A stretch of DNA of 64,000 bases from Bacilli bacterium (GTDB lineage Bacteria; Bacillota_I; Bacilli_A; RF39; UBA660): assembly GCA_900768345.1 (NCBI GenBank), contig CAAGCO010000009.1, forward strand, positions 11,080 to 75,079, in the 5' to 3' direction. Of the stretch, positions 37,143 to 49,318 are shown piece by piece; within the stretch, counting starts at the first letter, position 1, and each line of letters begins with the position of its first letter. The position numbers were made by a program, and so were the translations under genes. The notes beneath the pieces were generated by a model. It was not told the origin of the DNA. It searched no databases and saw only the letters and a program-made list of their open reading frames with translations.

Positions 37143-38292
37143 TAAAGTTAAAATAATTGTATATGAAAGCAGTAATAAATTCTTAAATTATCTAGTTTAT
37201 CACTCTATCTATTACGAAGACTTAACCTTAAATGAAAATTATATTTTAGTAGTAGACTATGAAGACTATAAAAAAATAAGTATAAGATATAAAACAAGGG
37301 TAATTAAATACTATGGTAAAAGATTTATTATTAATTATATAAATACAAATAAATATATGTTAGCATCTTTATTTATTTCTTTTTTAGTGTTACTTCTTCT
37401 TACAAATACTATATTTAAAATAAATATTAATACTAATGATGAAAAACTTTATAATTTAATTAGTGATAGTTTAAAAAAAAATAATATATCTTTATATAAA
37501 AGAAAAAAATCTTTTACAGAATTAAAAAGAATAAAAGATAAAATATTAAAAGAAAATGAAGATAATTTAGAATGGATTGAAATTAAAGAAAAGGGATGTG
37601 TTTATAATATAGAAGTAACAGCTAGAGTAAAAAATAAAGATAATATTAGTGATAATACTCCAAAAGATATAGTTGCTTCTAAAGATGGATTAATTAAATA
37701 TATTGCATCCTCTTCTGGTGTTAAACTAAAAGATGTAAATGATTATGTTAAAAAAGGAGATGTGTTAATTACTGGTAATATTATTAAAGGAGAAGACACT
37801 TTAATAACGCAAGTAGAAGCAAAAGGAAAAGTATATGCTGAAGTTTGGTATACGGTGAATATAACAGTACCATTTAATTATGTAGAATATGTTGAAACAG
37901 GAAAAACTATAAATCATTATTATTTAGATATTGCTGGTAAAAAAATGACACTTACTGGAAAATACGATAGTACTAGAACTATGAATACAAAGAAATTGAT
38001 ATTAGATAAACCATATTTATTTTTTAAACTTTATAAAGAAACAAAGAGAGAATATAAATATAAAGAGTTTAATATAAATGAAAATGAAGCATACGAAGAA
38101 GCACTTAAAAGAAGTGAAAGTAAAATCAAAAGTAAACTTAATGATAATGAGTATATTATTTCTAAAAAAGTTTTGAAAAAAGAGGTATTTCGTAGTAAAA
38201 TGAATATAGAAGTATTTTTCAAGGTTTATGAGAATATAGGGGTTACTTCTAATATAGTAGAAAAGGATGATTTAAATGGAGTCAGCAATTAG
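37132..38292 (+). CDS. yqfD: Sporulation protein YqfD
   Basis: 386 aa with a single TM helix near residue 80. Size, order and context match B. subtilis yqfC-yqfD. Confidence 0.75.
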   Translation: MNNNKVKIIVYESSNKFLNYLVYHSIYYEDLTLNENYILVVDYEDYKKISIRYKTRVIKYYGKRFIINYINTNKYMLASLFISFLVLLLLTNTIFKININTNDEKLYNLISDSLKKNNISLYKRKKSFTELKRIKDKILKENEDNLEWIEIKEKGCVYNIEVTARVKNKDNISDNTPKDIVASKDGLIKYIASSSGVKLKDVNDYVKKGDVLITGNIIKGEDTLITQVEAKGKVYAEVWYTVNITVPFNYVEYVETGKTINHYYLDIAGKKMTLTGKYDSTRTMNTKKLILDKPYLFFKLYKETKREYKYKEFNINENEAYEEALKRSESKIKSKLNDNEYIISKKVLKKEVFRSKMNIEVFFKVYENIGVTSNIVEKDDLNGVSN

Positions 38293-38875
38293 AAGTGTTA
38301 TTAAAATGTCTTGGCCAACATTAGTTATAGTCTTAACTATTGTTGTTATATTAAGAGTAACTTATATAATGACTAGTGATAAAAGAAAATTTTGTCTTTA
38401 TGAAGAAATATTTGAAATATTATTTCTAGCTTATCTAGTTTTATTATTCCAATTAGTAACTAGTCAAGATTTACCTGGTGGTGGTACTAACTTAATGCCA
38501 TTTAGAGAAATACTTAGATATGATGTAGGTACTAAAGCATTTTATAAACAAGTATTTGGAAACATACTTTTATTTATACCACTTGGTTACTTTGCAACTA
38601 GCTATTGTAAGATAAAAGGACTTGGAACTATTACATTAGTTTCATTATTATCAAGTTTAACAATAGAAGTAACACAACATTATATTGGTAGAACATTTGA
38701 CATAGATGATATAATATTAAATGTTGTTGGTGGAATCGTAGGATTCTTAATTTATACAGCACTTAATGCTATTAGAAATCATATGCCAAAATTCTTACAA
38801 AGAGATTGGTTTTACAATTTACTTAGTGTATTGCTTTTAATAGCATTAGTATTATATGTATATAAAATTATTTAG
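38276..38875 (+). CDS. VanZ-like family membrane protein
   Basis: Pattern LMPFREI...NILLFIPLGYF...EVTQ...FDIDDIILNVVGGIVGF. Confidence 0.75.
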   Translation: MESAIRSVIKMSWPTLVIVLTIVVILRVTYIMTSDKRKFCLYEEIFEILFLAYLVLLFQLVTSQDLPGGGTNLMPFREILRYDVGTKAFYKQVFGNILLFIPLGYFATSYCKIKGLGTITLVSLLSSLTIEVTQHYIGRTFDIDDIILNVVGGIVGFLIYTALNAIRNHMPKFLQRDWFYNLLSVLLLIALVLYVYKII

Positions 38876-38882
38876 GAGGGTT

Positions 38883-39326
38883 ATGGAAGATTATATAATA
38901 AACACAACAGACCATGAAGACATTGATTTTAATGAATTAGATAGAGTAATTAAATTTGCTTGTAAACATTTAAAAGTTAATAATCCAATGTTAAATATAG
39001 TAATAGTAGATAAAGAAAGAATACAAGAAATCAATAGAAAATATAGAAATAAAGATGCTGTTACTGATGTTATTTCATTTGCATTTGAAGAAGTAGATGA
39101 TGTAAAATATGACAATATTAGATTTTTAGGAGAAATATATATTTGCTACGATAGATGCGTAGAACAAGCTAGTGAATATGGACATAGTATAAAACGTGAA
39201 TTTTGTTATTTAGCAGTACATGGATTATTACATCTACTTGGATACGATCACATGACAGAAGAAGATAAAAAAGTTATGAGAGCTGAAGAGGAGAGTATTT
39301 TAAATGAATATGATATCACGAGATGA
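38883..39326 (+). CDS. ybeY: rRNA maturation endoribonuclease YbeY
   Basis: HGLLHLLGYDH zinc motif. The ATG follows AGGAGG. Confidence 0.9.
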   Translation: MEDYIINTTDHEDIDFNELDRVIKFACKHLKVNNPMLNIVIVDKERIQEINRKYRNKDAVTDVISFAFEEVDDVKYDNIRFLGEIYICYDRCVEQASEYGHSIKREFCYLAVHGLLHLLGYDHMTEEDKKVMRAEEESILNEYDITR

Positions 39327-39702
39327 GAGAAAGAGTCAAAAAGGAATTAAAAAGTTTCTTTTAAGCTTCACTTATCCAATTAAAGGACTTAAATATGCAT
39401 ATAGAAATGAACAAAATTTAACAGTAGATGTAGGTGTTGCATTAATAGTAATTATAGCTGGATTTATATTTAAACTAAATTCTATAGAATGGGCAATGCT
39501 TGCACTTACAATTGGACTTGTAATTTCATGTGAACTAATCAATACAGCCATAGAAGCAGTAGTAGATTTAGTAACTGAGGATTACCATCCACTTGCTAAA
39601 GTAGCGAAAGACACAGCAGCAGCCGCAGTATTCGTATTTGCAATAGTAGCAGTTATAGTAGGATTAATAATATTCTTACCAAAAGTAGTAGCATTATTTT
39701 AA
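39304..39702 (+). CDS. dgkA: Undecaprenol/diacylglycerol kinase (DgkA family)
   Basis: 132 aa with 3 TM helices (NTAIEAVVD), with synteny after ybeY. Confidence 0.85.
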   Translation: MNMISRDERKSQKGIKKFLLSFTYPIKGLKYAYRNEQNLTVDVGVALIVIIAGFIFKLNSIEWAMLALTIGLVISCELINTAIEAVVDLVTEDYHPLAKVAKDTAAAAVFVFAIVAVIVGLIIFLPKVVALF

Positions 39703-39714
39703 TAAAGGAGTAGT

Positions 39715-40095
39715 ATGAGAGAAAAATTAGAAAAATTATTAGAAAACAGTTATGCACCATATTCAAATATGCATTTTGCATGTATAGTGGAAACTAAAAA
39801 AGGAAACTTCTATGAAGGTGTTAATATAGAAAACGCATCATTCGGAGGAACTATATGTGCAGAGAGAAATGCAATAAATAATGCAGTAACTCATGGAGAA
39901 AGAGAGTTTAAAGCTTTATATTTAATGACAAGTAGTGATGAAATCTGTTATCCATGTAACATATGCAAACAAACATTTTTAGAATTCTTTGATAAAGATG
40001 TAATATTTAATATAATGACTAAAAGTGGAAAAATGGAAGTAATGACATTTGAAAAAGTAATGAATACTACATTTACTAAGGAGGACTTAGTATGA
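39715..40095 (+). CDS. cdd: Cytidine deaminase
   Basis: CAERNAI and PCNICKQ zinc-binding motifs. Confidence 0.9.
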   Translation: MREKLEKLLENSYAPYSNMHFACIVETKKGNFYEGVNIENASFGGTICAERNAINNAVTHGEREFKALYLMTSSDEICYPCNICKQTFLEFFDKDVIFNIMTKSGKMEVMTFEKVMNTTFTKEDLV

Positions 40096-40979
40096 AAAGT
40101 GGTTTTGTAAGTATAATAGGTAGACCTAACACTGGAAAAAGTACACTATTAAATCAAATCATAAAAGAAAAAGTTGCTATTATTTCACCAAAACCACAAA
40201 CTACAAGAAACTTAATCGAAGGAATTTATAATGAACCAGATACACAAATAGTTTTTGTAGATACTCCTGGTATACATAAACCAATTGATAAACTTGGTAA
40301 TGCACTAAATAGTCAAGCATATTACTCAATTAATGATGTTGATATACTACTTTTAGTAGTTGATGCTAGTACAAATAAAGGAAAAGGCGATGAGTTTATA
40401 ATAAGTAAACTTCAAAATGTTAATAAACCAGTATTCCTTATTCTAAATAAAATAGATAAACTAAGTGACAATGATATATTATTAAAAATAAATGAATATA
40501 AAGATTTGTATGAATTCGCAGAAATAATACCAGTATCAGCACTTAATAATGATAATGTTGATAGATTAATAAAAGTATTAAAAGAATACTTGCCAGATAA
40601 TGTTAAATACTTCCCAGGCAATGAAACAACAACAGCAGAAATGGATTTTAGATTATCTGAAATAGTTCGTGAAAAAATATTCATTCATACAAACGAAGAA
40701 GTACCACATTCAATATCTTGCAAACTTACTGGTTATGAAGAAAAAAATAATATAGCATACATCTATATAGATATAATTGTAGATAGAGATTCACTTCGTA
40801 AAATAATAGTAGGTTCTAATGGAAATATGATTAAAACAATAGGACACGAAGCAAGACTTGATATGGAAAAAATACTTGGCAAAAAAGTATACTTAGAACT
40901 TTATTGCAAAACAATAAAAAAATGGAGAGAAAAAGATAAATATATAAAAGATTTAGGATATTTATTAAAAGATGAATAA
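40092..40979 (+). CDS. era: GTPase Era
   Basis: GRPNTGKSTL, DTPGIH, NKID and a C-terminal KH domain. Confidence 0.93.
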   Translation: MKSGFVSIIGRPNTGKSTLLNQIIKEKVAIISPKPQTTRNLIEGIYNEPDTQIVFVDTPGIHKPIDKLGNALNSQAYYSINDVDILLLVVDASTNKGKGDEFIISKLQNVNKPVFLILNKIDKLSDNDILLKINEYKDLYEFAEIIPVSALNNDNVDRLIKVLKEYLPDNVKYFPGNETTTAEMDFRLSEIVREKIFIHTNEEVPHSISCKLTGYEEKNNIAYIYIDIIVDRDSLRKIIVGSNGNMIKTIGHEARLDMEKILGKKVYLELYCKTIKKWREKDKYIKDLGYLLKDE

Positions 40980-41023
40980 ATAATTTATTTTTCCTGCAAT
41001 ATAATATTGTAAGGAGAGAATAA

Positions 41024-41104
41024 ATGACAAAAAAAGAAGCATGGAAAAAATTTAAAGAAACAGGTAAGATAGAATATTACTTAGAATATAAGAAAGGAAA
41101 CTAG
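41024..41104 (+). CDS. yqzL: YqzL-like small protein (26 aa, below the ORF-track cut-off)
   Basis: MTKKEAWKKFKETGKIEYYLEYKKGN with an AAGGAG RBS. It occupies the era-recO gap where B. subtilis carries yqzL and has the WKxFxxTGxIxxYL pattern. Confidence 0.55.
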   Translation: MTKKEAWKKFKETGKIEYYLEYKKGN

Positions 41105-41138
41105 CATAAAGAAATAATCTTTATGCTTTTATGAAGGT

Positions 41139-41864
41139 ATGAAGATTATAAGCGTTAAAGGCATAGTAGTTAGTACTACACCATTTAAAGAAACAAGTAA
41201 AATTATTAATATTTTTACAGAGAACATGGGTGTAATCGGATGTGTATCAAAAGGATGTAAAAATCTAAAAAGTAAACTAAGACTACCAAGTGAGAAATTT
41301 GCTTATGGTATGTTTCATCTTTATTATAATGAAAATGGTCTTTCTACACTTATAGAAGGCGATATAGAAAATTATTTTCTAAATATCAAAAGTGATATTC
41401 TAAGAATTAGTTACTTATCTTATATATGTGAACTAGCAGTACATGTTTATAAAGAGTCAGAAAGTAACGAAGTGTATAAACTTATGCAGAACGCTATTCT
41501 AAAAATAGAAGAAGGATTTAATCCAATGGTAATAACTAATATATTAGAACTTCAATATTTAAACTACATTGGTATAAACTTAAATTTAGACGAATGCGTT
41601 AAATGTGGTAGTTCTAAAGTAGTTACTTTATCTATGACAAGAGGTGGATATATTTGTTCAAATTGTAGAGAAAATGAACCTATTATAGATGAAAAAGTAC
41701 TTAAACTATTAAGACTTTATTATTACGTAGATATATCCAAAATATCCAATCTAGATATAGACGAGGGAACATCAAAAACAATAAATCATATACTTTGTGA
41801 ATATTATGATGAATACTCAGGGGTGAAATTAAAAAGTAAAAAATTCTTACGCGAATTAGAGTAG
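41139..41864 (+). CDS. recO: DNA repair protein RecO
   Basis: N-terminal OB fold and zinc-finger Cys pairs (CVKCGS, CSNC), with synteny after era. Confidence 0.85.
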   Translation: MKIISVKGIVVSTTPFKETSKIINIFTENMGVIGCVSKGCKNLKSKLRLPSEKFAYGMFHLYYNENGLSTLIEGDIENYFLNIKSDILRISYLSYICELAVHVYKESESNEVYKLMQNAILKIEEGFNPMVITNILELQYLNYIGINLNLDECVKCGSSKVVTLSMTRGGYICSNCRENEPIIDEKVLKLLRLYYYVDISKISNLDIDEGTSKTINHILCEYYDEYSGVKLKSKKFLRELE

Positions 41865-41883
41865 TTAAAAACTACTTTTTTTT
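41860..41883 (+). terminator. Rho-independent terminator
   Basis: agtagtt-aaa-aactact followed by T8. Confidence 0.7.
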
Positions 41884-41934
41884 AATTTACATAAAGAAAT
41901 AAATAATATATACTTATGGTAGAGGTAAGTATAA

Positions 41935-42534
41935 ATGAAAGATTTTGATAGTAAAATAGAAAAATTAAGAGAATTATATAATGAAAAGCCAACAGAAACA
42001 ATAAATGAAATAAATAATGCAATTCTTAATATAAAAAATGAAAGAAGTAAAAAGGAAACTCAAGAAACAAAAAATTCAAGAAAAGCACTAATAAGTGGAA
42101 TATTCGCAGTATGCATATTTTTAATAAGTATTACTAATATAAAATATGGCACAGACCAGTTTATGATGTATTTCTTCGGAACAGTGTTTTTCTTAGCTGG
42201 ATTATTTATTGGATTAAATGTTCCAGTATTTGGAATAATATTCTTATTTAGTCATGGTGTTACAGGATTAGGTGTTATGTGTGCTAGTAAAATTAAGAGT
42301 ATTTTAGAAAGTCCACTTATGACAGATAGCCCAACTAATTTACAATATTTATTAGTATTAGGAGCCGGATTAATAGTAGCAGGAATCATTTCTGCAATAT
42401 TTTATAACGTAAGTAATAAAATAAAAGAACAAAAATATAGTCTAATAATAATACTAGCAATGTTTGCAGTAGGAATTGCAATAATTCAAATCTTACCAAT
42501 TATATTTAATATAAACATTATATCAATGGAGTAA
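41935..42534 (+). CDS. Hypothetical membrane protein
   Basis: Charged N-terminal helix followed by about 5 TM helices. No recognisable domain. Confidence 0.5.
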   Translation: MKDFDSKIEKLRELYNEKPTETINEINNAILNIKNERSKKETQETKNSRKALISGIFAVCIFLISITNIKYGTDQFMMYFFGTVFFLAGLFIGLNVPVFGIIFLFSHGVTGLGVMCASKIKSILESPLMTDSPTNLQYLLVLGAGLIVAGIISAIFYNVSNKIKEQKYSLIIILAMFAVGIAIIQILPIIFNINIISME

Positions 42535-42588
42535 AAAATTAAGAACTTTAAAAGCTCTTTTTTATTACACAAAAATTTCAAAAAAAAA

Positions 42589-42615
42589 TTAGCACTATGG
42601 TATTGACATTGCTAA
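42589..42615 (+). promoter_or_regulatory. Degenerate second CIRCE-like inverted repeat overlapping the -35
   Basis: TTAGCACTA, 9 nt, then CATTGCTAA. The right arm matches GAGTGCTAA at 7 of 9 positions. Confidence 0.4.
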
Positions 42616-42631
42616 AAATGCATACTATAAT
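42603..42631 (+). promoter_or_regulatory. Sigma-A-type promoter of the hrcA operon
   Basis: TTGACA, a 17-nt spacer, then TATAAT. Confidence 0.7.
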
Positions 42632-42635
42632 AGTG

Positions 42636-42662
42636 TTAGCACTAAAAGGAAAAGAGTGCTAA
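42636..42662 (+). promoter_or_regulatory. CIRCE operator (HrcA binding site)
   Basis: TTAGCACTA, 9 nt, then GAGTGCTAA. This is a near-perfect match to the CIRCE consensus and lies between the -10 and the hrcA RBS. Confidence 0.9.
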
Positions 42663-42674
42663 AGGAGGTATAAT

Positions 42675-43682
42675 GTGATAGGAAGTAGACAAAGAGAACT
42701 ATTAAGAGCAATAGTTGAAGAATATGTAAAAACTGCGAGACCTGTTGGTAGTAAATCATTATGTAAAAAGTTTAAATGTTCTAGTGCTACTATCAGAAAT
42801 GATATGGCTGCTCTTGAAGATTTAGGCTACTTAGAAAAGACACATATATCTTCAGGAAGAGTTCCATCTGAAAATGGATATAGATATTATGTCGATAACT
42901 TGATGGAACCAAGAAAAATAAGTGGAGAAGATATGCTTAAACTTCAAACTATATTTAACAACAATGAACTTGCTTTAAGTGACGCGATAAGTAAAAGTTT
43001 AGAAATTATAAGCGATATGACAAACTACACTTCAGTAATTCTTGGTAAAGAATCAAGTGATAACAAATTACAAAGAGTAGAAGTTGTTCCACTAACAAGT
43101 AGACAACTAATAGCTATAGTAATAACTGATAAAGGACATGTTGAAAACAAAAATATAAATCTTGAAGAAAACATTCCAGTAGAAGAAATATCTAAAACCA
43201 CAGAATTGTTAAACAAAATGTTATTTGGGACGCCTATAGATGAAGTTCCGAGTAAGTTAGAATTTGAAATAAAACCAATAATTGGTAATTATGTTCAAAA
43301 TTATGAAGTTGTATATAATGCATTCTATAATGCACTTACAAACTTTGCTAACGAAAGGGATGTTAGATTTACAGGTAAAGCTAATATATTAAAACAGCCA
43401 GAATTCGGAACAATTGATGATGTTAAAAACATTATAAGTAAGTTTGAAAGCAAAGATATGGTGAGTAAAATTGAAGAAAGTGACGATGAGGTTAAGGTAT
43501 ATATTGGTAGCGAATCTGAAATAGATGACAATGTAACAGTTGTTAAAACAAAATACAATGCTGGTGGTAGGGAAGGTACTATCGCTGTAATAGGTCCAAA
43601 AAGAATGGAATATGAAAGAGTAGTAAATATGCTTGAATATCTAAAAGAAAATATAGAGAAAAAGTATAATAACGATAAATGA
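42675..43682 (+). CDS. hrcA: Heat-inducible transcription repressor HrcA
   Basis: GTG start after AAAGGAGG. N-terminal wHTH (SSATIRNDMAALEDLGYLEKTH). Confidence 0.92.
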   Translation: MIGSRQRELLRAIVEEYVKTARPVGSKSLCKKFKCSSATIRNDMAALEDLGYLEKTHISSGRVPSENGYRYYVDNLMEPRKISGEDMLKLQTIFNNNELALSDAISKSLEIISDMTNYTSVILGKESSDNKLQRVEVVPLTSRQLIAIVITDKGHVENKNINLEENIPVEEISKTTELLNKMLFGTPIDEVPSKLEFEIKPIIGNYVQNYEVVYNAFYNALTNFANERDVRFTGKANILKQPEFGTIDDVKNIISKFESKDMVSKIEESDDEVKVYIGSESEIDDNVTVVKTKYNAGGREGTIAVIGPKRMEYERVVNMLEYLKENIEKKYNNDK

Positions 43683-43699
43683 TTTAAAGGAGAAAGCAA

Positions 43700-46191
<2,492 letters not shown>

Positions 46192-46210
46192 TTAGATAAT
46201 TAACTGAGTT

Positions 46211-46240
46211 AGGGGCTCAAACACTTGAGCCCTTAATTTA
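46211..46240 (+). terminator. GC-rich hairpin after dnaK (attenuator or partial terminator)
   Basis: aggggctcaa-acac-ttgagccctt with a poor U tail. Confidence 0.45.
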
Positions 46241-46256
46241 TATAAAAGGAGAAATA

Positions 46257-48023
46257 ATGGATAAAAACAAATGGGACTTAACTAAATTATTTAAAAGTGA
46301 CGAAGATTTTAATGAAACAATAAATAAAGTAACAAAACTATTAGATGAAATAGTTAAATACAAAGGAAGAATATTTGAAAGTGAAGAAACTTTATTAGAT
46401 TTCTTAAAACTTGATACAGAGATAGATATATTAACAGAAAGAATATATATCTATGCATATCTTGGATACTATGACAACATGAGTAATGAAGAATTCTTAG
46501 TAAAGAAAGAAAAAGCTAATAATATAATGAATACTTCTTCAAGTGTTAGAACATTTGTAACTCCAGAAATTTTGAGTAAAGATTATAAAGAAGTACAAGA
46601 ATTATTATCTAAAAATAAAGAATTAGAAAAATATAAATTTGCATTTGAAAAAATATTTAGAAGAAAAGAACATATACTTAGTGAACCTGAAGAATTATTG
46701 CTATCAAATGTAAGTGAAACGTTCACAACTGCAAGAGATGCATTTAATGCATTAGATAATGTAGATATAGATTTGGGTTATATTAAAGATGAAGAAGGAA
46801 AGAAAGTAGAGTTAACTTCTTCAAACTATGTAAGATACATTACATCAAAGAATAGAAATGTAAGAAAAAATGCATTCAAAAAAGATAATAAATATTATGA
46901 AAAACATATAAATACTTTAAGTGCTTTATATGCAGGAAAAGTTAAAACAAATGCATTTATTTCAAAGACTAGAAAATATAATAGTATCCTAGAAATGTAT
47001 TTATTTAGTGATAAAATAAGTACAAAACTATATGAAAACTTAATAAAAATCACTAATAAAAATACTAAATATTTAAAAGAATATTATAAATTAAAAGGAA
47101 AAGAACTTGGATATAAATTACATCTATATGATACATATGTAAATACATCTTCTATACCTAAAAAGGATATTCCATATGAAGAGGGAATTAAAATAGTTAA
47201 TAAAGCATTATCTCCACTTGGAGAAGAATATTTAAAAGAGTTTAACAGACTTTTAAATAGTAATGTAGTAGATGTATATCCTAAAAAAGCTAAAAGAAGT
47301 GGCGCATTCGAATGGTGTACATATGGAGTTGATCCCTATGTATCAATAAATTACGAAAATGATATTGATTCAGTAAGTACACTTGCTCATGAAATGGGGC
47401 ATGCAATGCATAGCTATTACAGTAATGCAAATCAAGATTACATAAATGCAGACTATCCTATCTTTTTAGCAGAGATTGCATCAACAGTAAATGAAGCATT
47501 ATTATCAAATTATTTGATTAAAAATAGTAGTGATAAAGATGAAAAAATATATTATCTTGTAGAATTTTTAGATAAATTCAAAGGAACTGTTTATAGACAA
47601 ATGATGTTTGCTGAATTTGAATATATTATTCATAAAAAGTATGAAAAAGGTGAAGCAATTACAAAAGATTTACTTTGCAAAACTTATTATGAACTAAATA
47701 AAAAACAATTCAGTGGGTCTGTAGTTGTAGATAAAGACATTCAATATGAATGGTCAAAGATTCCACATTTCTATACATCATTTTATGTTTATAAATATGC
47801 AACAGGTTTCATAAGTGCACTTTTAATCGCAGATAAATTAGAAAAAGATAAAAACTTTAAAGATAAATATATAGAATTCTTAAGTAGTGGTTGTAGTGAT
47901 TATCCACAAGAATTACTAAGTAAACTTGGAATTGATTTAAGTGATGAAAATACATTAAACGAAGCATTCCAATTATTTGCTGAAAAAGTAAAATTACTAA
48001 ATGAATATATGAATGGAGAGTAG
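46257..48023 (+). CDS. pepF: Oligoendopeptidase F (M3B family)
   Basis: 588 aa with the HEMGH zinc motif and a typical PepF N-terminus ([13 protein letters not shown]). Confidence 0.88.
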   Translation: MDKNKWDLTKLFKSDEDFNETINKVTKLLDEIVKYKGRIFESEETLLDFLKLDTEIDILTERIYIYAYLGYYDNMSNEEFLVKKEKANNIMNTSSSVRTFVTPEILSKDYKEVQELLSKNKELEKYKFAFEKIFRRKEHILSEPEELLLSNVSETFTTARDAFNALDNVDIDLGYIKDEEGKKVELTSSNYVRYITSKNRNVRKNAFKKDNKYYEKHINTLSALYAGKVKTNAFISKTRKYNSILEMYLFSDKISTKLYENLIKITNKNTKYLKEYYKLKGKELGYKLHLYDTYVNTSSIPKKDIPYEEGIKIVNKALSPLGEEYLKEFNRLLNSNVVDVYPKKAKRSGAFEWCTYGVDPYVSINYENDIDSVSTLAHEMGHAMHSYYSNANQDYINADYPIFLAEIASTVNEALLSNYLIKNSSDKDEKIYYLVEFLDKFKGTVYRQMMFAEFEYIIHKKYEKGEAITKDLLCKTYYELNKKQFSGSVVVDKDIQYEWSKIPHFYTSFYVYKYATGFISALLIADKLEKDKNFKDKYIEFLSSGCSDYPQELLSKLGIDLSDENTLNEAFQLFAEKVKLLNEYMNGE

Positions 48024-48025
48024 TT

Positions 48026-49168
48026 ATGGCAAAAAGAGATTATTATGAAGTTTTAGGTGTATCTAAAGATGCAACTGAAGCAGAAATAAAAAGTGCTTTT
48101 AGAAAAAAAGCAAAAGAATTTCACCCAGATTTAAATAAGAGTCCAGACGCACCAGAAAAGTTCAAAGAAGCACAAGAAGCTTACGCTTGTCTTTCTGATA
48201 AAGAAAATCGTGCTAAATATGACCAATATGGCTTTGCAGCATTCGAAAATCCATACGGAAATGCAGGTGGAGGAGCAAGCTATGGAGGCGGTGCAAATCC
48301 ATTCGGTAACTTCGACTTTGGAGACATCTTTGATGATCTTTTTGGTGGATCAGGATTTAGTTCATTTAGTGGATTTGGTGGTGGAAGTAAATCATCATCA
48401 AAAGCTCGTAAAGGAAGCGATTCACTTTATGGAATGAAAATAGACTTTATGGAAGCTGTTTATGGATGTAAAAAGGACATTGACCTTGAATACTATGAAA
48501 ACTGTGAAGATTGCGATGGAAAAGGTGGTCATGGTGAAACAACATGTTCAGAATGTAATGGTTCCGGCTATGTAGTAAGACAAACTAATACAATCTTTGG
48601 AGCAATGCAAAGTAGAACAGTATGTCCAGAATGTAATGGAAAAGGCAAAACATACAAAACAAGATGTAATACTTGTAAAGGAAACGGAAAAATAAAAGTA
48701 CATAAAACAATTACAATTGATGTTCCAGCAGGAATAGATAATGGAGAACAACTAAGATTAAGTGGTAAAGGCGAGCCAGGAATAAATGGTGGACCTAATG
48801 GAGACTTATATATCGAAATAAGAATAACACCAGATGATAATTATAAAAGAGAAGGAAACGATATATATTTAGAAGTACCAGTTACAATAACAGATTTGTG
48901 TCTTGGAACAACTAAAACAATCAAAACAATTGATGGATATGTAGATTTAAAAATAAAAGATGGAAGTCAACCAGGAGATATCTTAAGAATAAAAGGAAAA
49001 GGTATCAATAATCCAGACTCATGGAAAAAAGGAGACTTCTATTGCGTACTTAAACTAATAATTCCAACAAGTCTATCAAGAAAACAAAAACAAATATTAG
49101 AAGAACTTGAAGAAACCGATTTAGAAGATTCAAGTGAATTTAAAAAATTTTCAAAGTTAAATAAATAG
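48026..49168 (+). CDS. dnaJ: Co-chaperone DnaJ
   Basis: J domain ([11 protein letters not shown]), a G/F region and four CxxCxGxG zinc-finger repeats. Confidence 0.95.
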   Translation: MAKRDYYEVLGVSKDATEAEIKSAFRKKAKEFHPDLNKSPDAPEKFKEAQEAYACLSDKENRAKYDQYGFAAFENPYGNAGGGASYGGGANPFGNFDFGDIFDDLFGGSGFSSFSGFGGGSKSSSKARKGSDSLYGMKIDFMEAVYGCKKDIDLEYYENCEDCDGKGGHGETTCSECNGSGYVVRQTNTIFGAMQSRTVCPECNGKGKTYKTRCNTCKGNGKIKVHKTITIDVPAGIDNGEQLRLSGKGEPGINGGPNGDLYIEIRITPDDNYKREGNDIYLEVPVTITDLCLGTTKTIKTIDGYVDLKIKDGSQPGDILRIKGKGINNPDSWKKGDFYCVLKLIIPTSLSRKQKQILEELEETDLEDSSEFKKFSKLNK

Positions 49169-49190
49169 TCAGGTAAAACTGACTTTTTTT
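49167..49190 (+). terminator. Rho-independent terminator
   Basis: agtcag-gtaaaa-ctgact followed by T7. Confidence 0.75.
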
Positions 49191-49210
49191 ATGGAAAAAA
49201 CCAATATAAA

Positions 49211-49239
49211 TTGAATTTTATGCTAAAAAATGATATAAT
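49211..49239 (+). promoter_or_regulatory. Sigma-A-type promoter upstream of dnaG
   Basis: TTGAAT, a 17-nt spacer, then TATAAT with a TG extension. Confidence 0.6.
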
Positions 49240-49318
49240 ATGAACGTTTTTTAAAGAAATTGCAAAAAAAAGAAGTGTTTTTAAACTTTTCTTCGTATAT
49301 ATATTATTAGGAGGGAAA

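Noticed and set aside
48210-48437. The 75-aa + strand ORF inside dnaJ.
   Set aside because: It is an alternative frame across the Gly/Phe-rich region of dnaJ, with no RBS. The dnaJ frame is unambiguous.
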